A stretch of 64,000 bases of DNA, taken from NCBI RefSeq assembly GCF_009914755.1, contig NC_060926.1; one strand, given 5' to 3'. Within the stretch, counting starts at the first letter, position 1. Each line of letters begins with the position of its first letter. The notes under the pieces are model-generated. The model was not told the DNA's origin. It did not search any database and saw only the letters and a program-made list of their open reading frames with translations. A program made the position numbers and the translations under genes. Source of the stretch: the human T2T-CHM13v2.0 reference genome, Homo sapiens. This document shows, one piece after another, positions 1 to 17,935 of this stretch.

Positions 1-138
1 CATGGAATGTTCTTCCATTTCTTTGTGTCCTCTTTTATTTTGTTGAACAGTGGTTTGTAGTTCTCCTTGAAGAGGTCTTCGCATCCTTTGTAAGTTGGAT
101 TCCTAGGTGTTTTATTCTCTTTGTAGTAATTGTGAATG
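1..138 (-). mobile_element. L1 ORF2 fragment (5'-truncated end of an L1 extending left of the window)
   Basis: Closely resembles the L1 segment at ~9116-9254 (catggaatg...ttctccttgaagaggtc...gtaattgtgaatg). It abuts sequence paralogous to ~52442. Confidence 0.8.
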
Positions 139-1814
139 CCATCTAGTCATTTTAAAAAGAAATTCTTGGCATGTCATTCCATCACCGAATACTTAATTAA
201 ATATAAAAAATAAGAAACATTTGTTACATAGCCACAATATCATTATCATATCTATGACAGTAAAAATTTTTTAATATTATCTCATTTCCAGTTCATAATT
301 AAATTTCCCCCATTTTCTTGAACAACATCTTTCCATGTAGATCAATGGAATAGAATGGAGAATTCAGAAATAAACCCATACGTTCTTGGCCAATTGACAA
401 GATGTCAAATTTTGATAAGGGTGTCAAGATCATTCAAATGGGAAAGAATAGTCTCTTCAACAGAAGACCCACCCTGGGGTCCTTAATCTCCAGCATCAGA
501 CTCCAAGACCATTTGCAGAGATCATCCAGACAGCTCCCATCATGCCTCTGATGAATCCTTCACCATGTGCATCCACAGGGGTCCTGCAAATATTTTCTCA
601 CAGTCCGTTGAGTGACTTTTCTTACAAATACTTTATTTTAGAATAAATAGAGGTTTATAGCAAGGTTGCAACAAATAGTTCAGAGAATTCTTATCTACCC
701 TGTACCCGGTTTCCCCCATTGTTAAATGTTATGTTTCTATGGCACATCCATCACAACTCATTCACCAATATGACACATTATGATGAGCTAAAGTCTGTTT
801 CCTTCAGATTTCATTGATTTTTACTTAATATCCCTGTTCTTTTATGGGATCCCATTGATACCACCTGAAATGTAGTCATCATGTCTCCTTAGTCTCCTCC
901 AGCCTGTGACAGTTTCTCAGACTTTCCTTGTTTTTGGTGACTTGGGCAGTTTTGAGCAGTCCTGGTCAGGTGTCCTGTAGAATGTTCCTCTAGAATGTCA
1001 GTGTGTGTTTGCCTGACATTTTTATCATGGTTAAACTGGGGTTATAGGTTTTTAGTAGGAAGATGCGGAGGTCTTTTCTTGTTTTCTTGCATGTGAATAT
1101 TCAACTGTAGAAAAGAGTGGCCTTTCCTCCAATGCACTTCTTGTACCTTTGTAAAAACTTGGCTGTTCATACATCTGTGCATGTATTTCTAGACTTTGTA
1201 TTCTGCTCCATTGAAATATTTGTGAAATATTTGATTACTATAGCTGTGTAATAATCTTGAAATGAGGTAGTGTTACCTATTTTTTTCAAATTGTTTTTGC
1301 TATTGTAGGTCTGCTACATTACCACATGGATTTTAGAATAAGTTTGTTAGTTTGATTTTGATTGGGATTGTATTGAATTTATAGATCAACTGGGGAGAAA
1401 CAACATCTTAGCAATTTTGAATTTTCCAATTCATTAACATATCTATGTTAAGTGCCTCATCAGTGTTCTGTAGTTTTCAGTGTACAGTCTTTCATAATTT
1501 TTGTCAGATATATTCCTAAGTATTTCATGTTTTTGATGCTATTTAAGTGATATTTTTATTCCAATTTTTAATTGTTCATTGCTAGTATAGTTGACCCCTG
1601 AACAATGTGGGAATGAAGGGGACCAACCCGTGTGAAGTAGAAAATCCACACAGATCTTTTGATTCTCGAAAAACATAACTACTAACAACCATTTACCAAA
1701 AGCCTTACCAATAGTATAAACAGTCAATTAACACATATTTTGGATGTTATTAGTATTATATCCTGTATTATTACAATAAAGCAAACTAGAGAAAGGAAAA
1801 TGTTATTTAAAAAC

Positions 1815-2581
1815 ATAACATATGAAAAAATGCCCAACATCACTAATCATCAGAGAAATGAAAGTCAAAACCACAATGAGATATCATCTCACACCAGTTA
1901 GAATGGCTGTTATTAAAAAGTCAAGAAACAATAGATGCTTGTGAAGCTGCTGAGAAAAAGGACCACTTGTACACTGTTGGTGGTGGGAACGCAAATTAGA
2001 TCATCCCCTGTGGGAAGTAGTTTGGAGATTTGACAAAGAAGTTAAAACAGAACTGTCATTCGACCCAGCAATCTCATTACATTACTGGATATATATATTA
2101 AAAAAATCATTTTACCAAGAAACACATGCACTGGTATGTTCATTGCAGCTCTATTCAGAATAGAAAAGGCATGAAATCAACCTAGGTGCCTGTCAATAGT
2201 GGATTGGATGAAGAAAATGTGGTACATATACACCATGGAATATGCAGTCATAAAAAAAGAATGAAATCATGTCCTTTGTAACAACATGGATGCAGCTGGA
2301 GGTCATTATCCTAAGGGAATATATACAGGCACAGAACACCAAATACCATGTGTTCTCACTTAGAAGTGGGAGCTAAATAGTGGGTACTCATGGGCATAAA
2401 GATGGCAACAATAGACACTATGGACTACTAAAGGGGAGAGGAAGGGATGCAGGAGTTGAAAAACTATTGGGTAATATGCTCAGTACTTGGGTGATGGGAG
2501 CAATCATGCCCCAAACATCAGCATCACACAATATACTCAGGTAACCTGCACATGTACTCCTGAATCTAAAATAAAAGTTGA
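1815..2581 (+). mobile_element. L1 3' fragment (L1PB-like) nested in Tigger2
   Basis: L1 ORF2 C-terminus and 3'UTR motifs (aaaaccacaatgagatatcatctcacacc; ggatgcagctggaggtcattatcc; cctgaatctaaaataaaagttg). Confidence 0.8.
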
Positions 2582-4248
2582 GTATGTATAAGAGGAAGTC
2601 ATTCATCATAAAGGTCTCCATCCTCATCATCTTCCATTGAGTGAGCTGTGGAGGAGGAGGAGTAGATGTTGGTCTTACTGTCTTAGGGTGGCAGAAGCAG
2701 AAGAGGTAGAGGAGGTGGAAGTGGAGGCAGGAGAGGCAGGTGCACTTGGTGTAAATTTATGGAAATACATCATAATTACTGTCTGTTTTTTTCTCTTTGA
2801 TGTATTTAAAAATGCTTTTATACAGTACTAATCCTTCTTCCCCATTTGCTTTAGTTTCAGTGCCTATAAGGGTTCATGTTGTAATAGAAGTCAATAGCAG
2901 TCTTAAATAACTGGAAGCCTTTCCATGAGGCTTGTATTGTGTAAGGCCATTTTTTTTTTCTGGCACTGCTTCTTCTACATCTTCTTTCTCATCAAGTAGT
3001 GAATGGAAAGCACTAATCTCTATCAGGTCATCTATTAATTCCTCGAGTGTGGTGTCTATTGACTCTTGAATTTCTCCAAGATTCATATTTTGAAACACTT
3101 TATCCCCCACCTTATGTTGCTGTATCCATAATCCCTTTCATGACTTCCTTGATTGGCTCTGTCTTAAATCCTGTGAAGTCATTCGCAACATCTGGTCACA
3201 GTTTTCTCCAGAAGAAATGAATTGTTTGGGGCTTGGTGGCTTTCACAGCTCTGTCTATAACAACAATGGCATCTTCAATGGTGTAATCCTTCTGGACTTT
3301 CATGACATTCTCTATCCAGATTCTCTTTCCTAGTATTGACAATCTTTTCCATAGAAAACTGTGTGTAATGAGTTCTAAAGTTCCTTATGACCCCTGATTG
3401 AGAGACTGAATTAGAGATGTTGGGTTTGGAAGCAGGTAGACCACTTTGACACCTTCAGTGTTGAACTCATGGATTCTGGGTGGCTAGCATTGTCCAATAT
3501 CAAAAGAATTTTAAAAGACAGTCCCTTACTGGCAATGCATTTTCTGCCTTCAGGGACAAAGCGTTGATGGAACCAATCCAGAAAAAGTGTTCTTGTTGTC
3601 TAGGCCTTCTTGTTGTACAACCAAAAAACTGTCAGTGGGTGTTGATCTTGTCCCCTCAAGGCTTAAGGTTTGGCAGTTCTACACATGAGGTCAGTCCTGA
3701 GTGTAAACTTGACTGCATTTACACAAAACAGTAGAGTTAGCCTATCCCTTCCTGCCTTGCATTCTGGTGCTTGGTTTACTTCCTTGCTAATAAATGTCTT
3801 TTGTGTCATCTTGTTTTTGTTTTTGTTTTTTTCCAGAATAGGGCACTGTCATCTGTATTAAAACCCTGTTCAGGCAGATATGCTTTCCCCTCAATAATTA
3901 TCTTCATGGCATCTGGGAACTCATTTGTCTCCTTTTGCTTGGCAGAGGCTGCTTCTCCTGTTATCTTGACAATTTTAAAGCTGAACCCCTTTCTAAAACT
4001 AGCAAACCATCCTTTGCTGCCATTAAATTTTCCAGTTTTAGATTCTTCACCTCTCTTTTGCTTTAAGTTGTCATATAATGACTTTGCATTTTCTCAAATC
4101 ACATTGGCATCTATAAATACGCCTTTCTTATAGCAATGCTACACCCACGTTAAAGCTGCATTTTCAATATGAGACAAAAACGTATTTCAGAAAAAAATGC
4201 AAGGTTTGGCTCCTGCTGGCATAGCTGCAGCAATGTCTTCATGAATCT

Positions 4249-4345
4249 CCCTTCCTTCCTTCCTTTCTTCCTTCCTTCCTTCCTTCCTTCCTTCCTTCCT
4301 TCCTTCCTTCCTTCCTTCCTTCCTTCCTTCTTTCTTTCTTTCTTT
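4249..4345 (+). repeat. (CTTC)n/(CTTT)n microsatellite
   Basis: Visible tandem ccttccttcctt run. It explains the spurious KEGRKEGR and LPSF ORFs. Confidence 0.95.
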
Positions 4346-5081
4346 TCCACTGGTCCTTATCTAGCTTCATTTATTTTGAAATGGCAGGCATTCACCACGG
4401 TAGAGCTCAGCCTATGGTCCCAATCAAGCAATTCGACTTTTTTGGTTATGTCATGATTTCTTTTTGCTTCTTGGGAGTAATTCCAGCATCATTAGGGGCA
4501 CTCTGTAGTCCCATGACTGTATTCAAGATTTACAATATTGCACCAAACATGATGAAAAATACAGTAGAGCCATGAGAGATCACTTTTTACTCTGACATGC
4601 AATTTATTGGAGAGATGAAATGCTCAAACAGAGAGTATAAGTGTTATATCACATGCACTTAAGCCACACTTCAGCTCACTGGAATAGCAACAGGAGGTAG
4701 CTACAAAATTATTACAGTAGTGTAGTATATACTATAGGTAATTTTATGCAGTTAAGATTTAATGCTGCCTCTATATGTTTGTATTTCTTTCCTGTGCTAA
4801 TGATGCAATGTACACTTTGGAAATGTTTGTGTGTGGTTTAATAAATTTTTTATTGATTTGTGCATATTTTAAAGTAATAAATAATAACATGGTATCTGCA
4901 CATGGTTTCTGCAGTCATGGCATAGCTTTAAAAATTTTTAGATATTTCTAGTTTATGTGGTTTATATATATATTTTTTCAAACTTAGAAATTTCTTAAAA
5001 TTTTTGCAATATATTTATTTTTAAAAATCTGCATATAAGTGGATCCACACAGCTCAAAACCCTACTGTTCAATGTCAACTG

Positions 5082-6820
5082 TATATAGAAAGAAGATTAG
5101 TTTTTAAGTATTGTATCTTGCAACCATGCTAAACTTACGTATTTGTTCTAGGAGATTTTTGTAGTTTGTTATTATTCCTACATAGATAAACTTATTGTCT
5201 GTGAATGAGACCTTTTTTATTTTTTCTTTACAATCTGGACACTTTTTACTTCTATTTCCTCCCTGACTGCACTGGCTGGAACCTGAAGAACAATGTTGAG
5301 TAGAAGTGGGGAGGGCCCCTGTCCTCGGCATGTGTTTGCCTTGAGGAGTGGAGCATTCAGTCTTTCACCATCAAGGATGATATTAACTGTGGGTGCCTCC
5401 AAGATGTCCTTCATTAGTTTAAGATACTTCCCTTTATTTTCCGAGTTTTTTGAGAATTTTTTATCACAAATCGATTTTGGATTTTTGTCAAACACTTTTT
5501 CCATACCTATTGAGATAATTATATGCTTATACTTTTTTAGTTTATTTATATGGTATGTTACTTTAATTGATTTATAAAATTATTTATTTAATCATTAATT
5601 GTGGTGAAAACACATAGCATAAAATATATCATCTTCATCACTTTAGGTGCACAGTTCAGTATTGAGTACGTTCACATTGCTGTGCAACCAACACCACCAT
5701 TCATCTCTAGAACTCGCTTCATCTTCCCAAACTGAAACTTTGGACCCATTAAAAAAGAATACTCCATTCCCCCCTCCTCTCAGCCCTTGCCAACCAGCAT
5801 TCCACTCTTTTATTCTACGTATCTGACTATTTTAGATACTTCATATAAGTAGAATCATACAGCATTTGTCATTTTGTGATTAGCTTAGTTCACTCTGCAC
5901 AATGCCCTTAAGTTTCATTCATGTTAGCATATGTCAGAATTTTCTTCCTTTCTAAGGGTGAATAATATTTCATGCTGTATACATACACCACATTTTTGCT
6001 TGGGTTGTTTCCACTTCTTGTCTGTTGTGAGTTATGCTGCTATGAACATGGTGGCACAACCTTGATTAATTTTCTAATGTCAAACCAGCCTTGCATTCCT
6101 AGGATAAACCCCACTTGGTTATGGTGTCTAATCTTTTTGTGTAGTACCTATTTTAAAATATTACAGACTTTGACTTGCCAATATTTTGTTTAAAATTTTT
6201 GCATCTAAGCTCATGAGGGTCTGTAATTTTCCTATCTTTTAATGTCTTTTTCTGGTTTTGGTACTGTGATAATGCTGGTCTCATAAAATGAATTAGGAAA
6301 TCCCCTAGGCTTCAGTTTTTGGGACTAGTTTGTGAATAATTGGTATTATTTATTCTTCAATGTTTGCTGGATTCATCAGTGTTGTCATCTGAGCTTCACT
6401 TTGTTTTGTGTGGGAAGGTTTGAATTACAAATACAAATTCAATTTAAAAGATACAGGTTACTTCTATTGGGGTTATGCATTTATTCTTGTGACAAGTCTG
6501 GCAGTTTGTGTCTTTAACAAAATGTGTCCATTCTATCTAAGTTGTAGACTTTTTTTTGGCATAAACTTGTTCATGTTATTCTCTTAACATTTTAACATCT
6601 GTAGAATCTATGGTGATACCACCTCTCTCATTCCTAATATTGATAATTTCTTTCTTCTCTCTTTTTTTTTCAGATCAAGGTGGCTAGAGCTTTACCAAAT
6701 TAATTGATCTCAACAAACCAGCTTTGGTTTCATTAATTTTCTCAACAAACCAGCTTTGGTTTCATTAATTTTGCCTGTTTTTTAAATGCATTTTCCATTT
6801 CATTGATTTCTGTTCTGAAG
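5082..6820 (-). mobile_element. Old L1M ORF2 remnant with a nested L1MB-like 3' end (~5580-6060)
   Basis: Minus-strand ORF 5217-5504 (PTVNIILDGERLNAPLL...QGPSPLLLNIVLQV) resembles L1 reverse transcriptase. Paralogous copies are at ~23925-24545 and ~39105-39800. Confidence 0.7.
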
Positions 6821-7136
6821 TAAGCCTCCAGGGGAGGTAGATCACTGACCATCATGTTTATTTTTCAAGGACAGTCATCTGCAAGTGCCCCAGTCACCAA
6901 AAGAAAAGGTGACTAAGCAAATGTCTAGTACCAGTTAGGGTGTCCCGAAAGGAGCCATCTTGTGCTCCTACAAGGATTATACCCCGAGGTTGTCTGCAGA
7001 ATCTCTCACTAAATGTTCCTTAAGGTGTTGCCTGACACACACTGCTTAGCTCATCCATGAAGGTATCAAGAAAACCTGCAGAATATAATTCTGTCCAGTG
7101 CAACAAATATTCTGGTTGATTTTCTTTGTGCAGGGC

Positions 7137-12277
<5,141 letters not shown>

Positions 12278-13171
12278 AAGGCAAAGCATGGCTACTGTGA
12301 AAGAAGGGTAAAAACACAGAGATGGCATCACCTCTGACTTCCAGGAGTCCTCAGCAGACTGAGGGAGACAAGTACATATTTTCCTGAAAGAGGTCACTGG
12401 AGTGATGGTGTGTTTAGAATATAGAAGTAGAGCAGTCACAGAGAGGCAGCCCAGCAGAGTGTTCGCACAAGGACTGGGCCAGCAACTCCCCACTGCATGC
12501 AACGTATCTGAGGAAAGTCATTAAAATAGGTGATGGTCACTTTCCATCAAGTCCCTGGTATGGTCCATGGAGGCAGGGTTGTCAATCTCATTTTGGCATT
12601 TCAGAGGCCTCTCAGGGTTTGGATATGGAAGAAGACAACCAGCAATGATTATGCATTGCAGAGATGCAGGTGAGCCCCAGTTTCTTGCCAGTTGGGAGGT
12701 CAGTGCTAAGAGCCTTGCTGTCTTTCCCTGGAACATGAGATGCCAATTTCTTTCTGGACAGAGAGTATTTGGTTGGCTAAAGTCAAAATCTAAATTTTGC
12801 TTTGGGATAAATTCCAAAAATATTAGCATTATTCAAATTTACTTTCACTTTATCTTTCCGAATCTTCAAGGTCCAAAAGCATTGCTGAATAATTCTGTTT
12901 CTAAACTCACTTGCAGCGTGCTCTCCCTCCAAGGCGAAGACCATAATCTACTCTTGTCTGGAAATCATACAAGTAGGTATCTCAGCAAATGATACTCGTG
13001 TGTTATCGTTCTTATGAGTAAATCATTGGCAGTGAGTGTGATTTTTTTTTTTTTTATGAAAGGATAAATACACGCCCTCTATTGGGGTCAGGTTTTGTGC
13101 CTGTACTTCTTCCGCCTACTGTATCATAGCAGCTTAGAATCCCAGCTGCTGGCTCGGGCTGCAGTTCTCTC
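12278..13171 (+). promoter_or_regulatory. UGT1A10: UGT1A10 proximal promoter
   Basis: Paralogous to the 1A9 and 1A7 promoters. Contains HNF1-like GTAAATCATTGGC (13018-13030), a T14 tract (13042-13055), XRE core CACGC (13071-13075, -101) and Sp1-like tccgcc (~13111-13116). No canonical TATA box. Confidence 0.8.
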
Positions 13172-14026
13172 ATGGCTCGCGCAGGGTGGACCAGCCCCGT
13201 TCCTTTATGTGTGTGTCTACTGCTGACCTGTGGCTTTGCCGAGGCAGGGAAGCTGCTGGTAGTGCCCATGGATGGGAGTCACTGGTTCACCATGCAGTCG
13301 GTGGTGGAGAAACTTATCCTCAGGGGGCATGAGGTGGTTGTAGTCATGCCAGAGGTGAGTTGGCAACTGGAAAGATCACTGAATTGCACAGTGAAGACTT
13401 ACTCAACCTCGTACACTCTGGAAGATCAGAACCGGGAATTCATGGTTTTCGCCCATGCTCAATGGAAAGCACAGGCACAAAGTATATTTTCTCTATTAAT
13501 GAGTTCATCCAGTGGTTTTCTTGACTTATTTTTTTCGCATTGCAGGAGTTTGTTTAATGACCGAAAATTAGTAGAATACTTAAAGGAGAGTTCTTTTGAT
13601 GCAGTGTTTCTGGATCCTTTTGATACCTGTGGCTTAATTGTTGCTAAATATTTCTCCCTCCCCTCTGTGGTCTTCACCAGGGGAATATTTTGCCACCATC
13701 TTGAAGAAGGTGCACAGTGCCCTGCTCCTCTTTCCTATGTCCCCAATGATCTCTTAGGGTTCTCAGATGCCATGACTTTCAAGGAGAGAGTATGGAACCA
13801 CATCGTGCACTTGGAGGACCATTTATTTTGCCAGTATCTTTTTAGAAATGCCCTAGAAATAGCCTCTGAAATTCTCCAAACCCCTGTCACGGCATATGAT
13901 CTCTACAGTCACACATCAATTTGGTTGTTGCGAACGGACTTTGTTTTGGACTATCCCAAACCCGTGATGCCCAACATGATCTTCATTGGTGGTATCAACT
14001 GTCATCAGGGAAAGCCATTGCCTATG
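13172..14026 (+). CDS. UGT1A10: UDP-glucuronosyltransferase 1A10, variable exon 1 (signal peptide + aglycone-binding domain, 285 codons)
   Basis: [15 protein letters not shown]... with catalytic DGSHW (H37), F90-M-V-F93, QLERSL and PNDLLG. It ends GKPLPM, followed by the GTAAGT donor at 14027. Confidence 0.96.
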
Positions 14027-17000
14027 GTAAGTCACCTCTCCTTTAGCACATTAAGAATAATCTGGCTTTGGAAATTAAAAAAGGATTCCTTACTGAACTG
14101 TGATTTGACATTTTCGTTTGTTGCATTTCAAATTTCTTTCCAGTTTAACAAATTATTTTGTGCGAATTCATGTACTCATCAATTATCAAATTTTATAAAA
14201 CTGCCCTTCTTGAAAGTATATGTAATAATTTAAAAATTATAGATCATATTCAGGCTACATTTTAAAATACGATGTTTAGAAAAGTACCAAAAACCACAGC
14301 AAGAAATGAAACTTCCGTTTTTTGTTAATTCTATGTGACCCCGTAGTTGAAATGCTCTTAAGTTTTGTGTACATTCTTTTCATTGAAAAAAAGTATTTTA
14401 GGCATATGCAATATCTCATGTAAGTTCCCATACCTATTTAGTAAAAATAAAATCTAGTATTGGGCTGAACATATTCTTCTTTATCTTGCATTTTTCACTT
14501 GCCAATAAATTATGGGTACCTTTATAGAGCAATACAGACAGATTTGACAAGTTCTTTTAATAATTGCATAAAATTCTTTACTTTGGATACAATGTAGTTT
14601 TTTAACCAATTAATATTGATATATATATAGCCATTTTCCACTCTTTCCTTTTGTGAATAAGGCTGTGTAAACACTCTTCAATACTTTCCTTGCGTGAATA
14701 TATTTCTATATTCTTGCTTTTATCTTAGTAGACTAGAGTCCTACACGTAGGGTTACAGGGTTTTCCTGAATTGAGAAGACTGGCATCTTTTTGCTATTAA
14801 GTCTTCCTGTTCAGGAACATATATGTCTCACTATTTATTCAGATCTTGTTTTATATACATAAATAAAAATTTTCACTATATAAGCATTTTATGTTTGTTT
14901 TTAACATTTATTCCTTGGCATTTTATTACTTTAGAAACTATTTTGTACAGGGCAATGTTTCCATTTCTACATTTAACTGATTACTGGTAATTAAAATTTT
15001 GGTTTTTGCATATGTATCTTGTATCCAGCCACATCACTAACTTTTCTTATTATTTTGTAGTATGCATTAGATGTACAATATACAATACCATCTGCAAGTA
15101 ATTCCCTTGTCTGATATTTGTACTGCTTCTTTTGCTTTGCTGGAGCATATACTTCCAAAATATTATTGAGTAATATTGTTAGAGTAGCCAGTTTAAATAG
15201 GGATTCGGTTGCTTGTGACTGAAAAATCCTTGAAAAATACCAGAATAAGATTCTTGGCAAACGCATAGTTGCTAAATCCAGATGAAACACCTGGTGTCTC
15301 ATCTCATTATATTATTTTATTAGGGGTGGAGTACACATTTTTATGTATTGTTCTGGTTTCTTACAAGATTCAGTAGACTTTGTAACACAGTTATATCTGT
15401 CATTGGCAGATGGTTGGTGAAAGAGTGACCGTTCAGCCATCTCATAGGAAAGTGAAATAATGCTCTTTCTAAAAAGCAGGAAGACTACAGTTGTAGGCCT
15501 TTCAAAATTAGGCATGACTTTCAGCTCATGGCAAGACCAGGCGAGGAGATGCAAGTTGCAGGACTCTAAGAGGTTGGACTTATCAAAGCACTTTTCTCCT
15601 CGTTATCCTCCATTAATTACAGTACCAAGCACCACCCATGTGTTGCCTACACCCCACAGCCTTCGGCCGAGTTGAGGATCTGCCACTTCCTGAACCCACG
15701 CTGAGTTTATTGTGGCTCACAGGGTCACCTAGAGGCCTTTAAAGATATAAAAACCTATATATGATTTTATATCACCTGTGATAGAGGGATATCTATAAAA
15801 AATGAAACATTAAACTATATATGGTTTCATTTATTTTGATTGTAAATATCTTTTATGAGATATGAAATAAATGTGTTTCTATATCTATTAAAGAATATAC
15901 ACATGTATGAAAGTTTTTATAGTTTGCAGAGGGTTATGTATATTAATGTATATTTTTATGATTATACCTGTAAAGGCAGCAGAATTCTCACAGAGGAATT
16001 CGATCTCAAAGAGGGCTTTCTGTCAAAGAGCCTTGGATATGGCCCAACCACAAAAGTAAAAGTAAATTGTCATCAAAAGAACGATGAACACTGCATATTG
16101 CTCTTTCCTTGTTTCAGATGCCAGGATGTGTCTGGGAAAAGCATGCAGTTGGTTACATCTTGCTGGGAAACAGGATTCAGAGTCTGAGTCTCATCTGTCT
16201 GATGAGAAGGAAGCATTACTTGATGATAGAGTATGTGTTTGCACATGTATGTGTTTGTGTATGTGCAGGTGTGTTTGCGTGCAGTGTCCCAGACCCTGCA
16301 CAGGGGATTTCTTGAAGATCTCCTGTAACAAAATCTTCTTGAGTCTATCCAGGAGAATTACAGCCAGGGATGTAATTAAATACTTTAACAATGATGGCAG
16401 ATGGCCCCATCTCCAATTTCAACATGGGATTTGGAGGGGACAAACTTTTAAACTATATCAATTGGTATGGTCATTCTTTTACATTTCAGTATTCTAATGT
16501 GTGTGTGTTGATTAGTGATGTGTAAATAATTCAGCAGAACATTGAAATAGTTTTAATGAGAAAAAGAGGAAGTCACTCCTAGTCTCTTTGAATTTTTGGT
16601 GAGTTCCAACAGAATTGATGACTGGTTTTAGGGGAAAAGAATTCAGGCTTCATCTATACCATCCATGGTAGGTGCAGCTCTGCAGACCTGGGGATAGGAT
16701 GTGGTTACAGAGCAAGAAAAGATCTGTGCTTTCCCCATTGCTCTAAGATTCTGGCTATAGTCCAAGATCCAAATTCAAAGTTAACTTTTGGTTGACAAGA
16801 CTAAGGCCTCCCACTAAAATTGTTTACTTCAAGTATTTATTTTCAAAGTTTTCAAACATACAAAATGAAAAGACTATAGTGTAATGTGCACCTGTATATC
16901 AATCCTTAGGCTAAATAATTTTCAGTGTTTTGCTGTATTAATTCATCTATCCCCTTATTCTGACCTTTTAAAGAAACTTTTTGGCTGTCATTTTTTTAGT

Positions 17001-17295
17001 GGAAATTCTTGGCTTGTCATTCCATCATTGAATATTTTATTAAATATAAAAAATAAGTAAAATTTGTTACACGGCCACAATATCGTTATCACACCTAACA
17101 CAATAATAATACTTTAATATTATCTCATTTCTAGCCCATAATTAATTTACCTCCAATTGCCTCATACAACATCTTTTTATGTTGATCTATGGAACAGAGA
17201 ATTCAGAAATAAACCCATACATCCTTGGTCAATTGAGTAAGTTCCAAATTTTATGAGGGTGTCAAGACCATTCAAATGGGAGAGAACAGTCTCTT
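14027..17295 (+). repeat. Duplicated intronic block, paralogous to 49439-52760, 59442-62710 and (interrupted) 25675-29385
   Basis: Colinear similarity. The same spurious ORF (MRRKHYLM...CVCVCAGVF) recurs downstream of each exon. Confidence 0.9.
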
Positions 17296-17299
17296 TTTT

Positions 17300-17935
17300 A
17301 GGCTGCAAATGCTGTTCTTCCATAGTCCAACAGTGACCCTCCCCAATTTAGGGGCCAACCCAGGGATCTAGGTCCATGTAACCTCCTGATAGGCCAACAA
17401 TCTTAGGTAGGGCCAACTCTATACCCTTGGTCAGTAGGAAGCAGTTGGAAGATGAGACCTTCACTCACATGCCAAAGATTTGTCATTGTTGCTATGTCAG
17501 GGGGGAAATGTGGAGCCCTAATTAGGGAAAAAGAGCTAGGCTGGCAGGACCAGGGGAAAGCAAAAAAGAAAAAGCAGATGAACTATAAGTCTCCCTTTCT
17601 TCATGGTCTAGGACACATAGCCCTCCTGCAAAAATAACATAATCTTCCTGCACCCAGCGATCACCAGACCCTCAGCTGATAGAAAAATGCAAGTTATCTC
17701 ACTGCAACCTTGGCATTATCAATACTGCATCTAGCTCTCTGCAGCACAAGCACCATCCTATAAAATCCTCAGCAAGCCTTTGTCTCCTTGCAGCCAGCTC
17801 TTCTCTTGCTGACTATCTTGCAACATATTTTCCTACTTTCTCTAATAAATCTGCCTTTCTTTACCTACAAGTATCTTGGTAAATTCTTTTTACCTCCCAT
17901 GCCACACCAGTCTCAGAGAGTTGCCACCCATGACA
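17300..17935 (+). mobile_element. ERV1 3' remnant: short internal piece, polypurine tract and LTR (17509-17935; MER48-like)
   Basis: aggggggaaa PPT directly before a TG...CA-bounded 427-bp unit, with tataaaa (~17759) and aataaa (~17844). Confidence 0.7.

Larger units (their letters stand above)
147..4740 (+). repeat. Segmental-duplication block paralogous to ~52442-57085
   Basis: Colinear and highly similar by eye. Near-identical ORFs appear in both copies (2418-2630 vs 54802-55014). Both carry the same L1 inserted in Tigger2. Confidence 0.9.
1588..5081 (-). mobile_element. Tigger2 DNA transposon (pogo-like), near full length, decayed
   Basis: TIRs (t)agttgacccctgaaca and tgttcaatgtcaactg are flanked by TA at 1586-1587 and 5082-5083. 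Minus-strand remnants resemble pogo transposase. Length is ~2.7 kb after removing the nested L1. Confidence 0.8.

Noticed and set aside
6709-6772. Perfect 32-bp tandem duplication (similar ones at ~36090-36135, ~41012-41058, ~51034-51071)
   Set aside because: These are ordinary slippage duplications inside old repeats or introns, with no sign of function.
13054-13677. Antisense ORFs recurring at each exon (MATIKPQ..., MQFSDLPS...)
   Set aside because: They are shadows of the conserved sense coding frame in duplicated exons.
14027-14233. C-terminal extensions of the 353-, 363- and 354-aa ORFs past GKPLPM/GKPVPM
   Set aside because: These are read-through into intron beyond a consensus GTAAGT donor. 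The tails are not conserved in length, and the real C-terminus comes from shared exons 2-5.
16084-16497. Cys-rich ORFs repeated downstream of each exon (also 28328, 51368, 61427)
   Set aside because: They arise from a degenerate (TG)n tract in duplicated intron DNA. Frames, starts and stops differ between copies.
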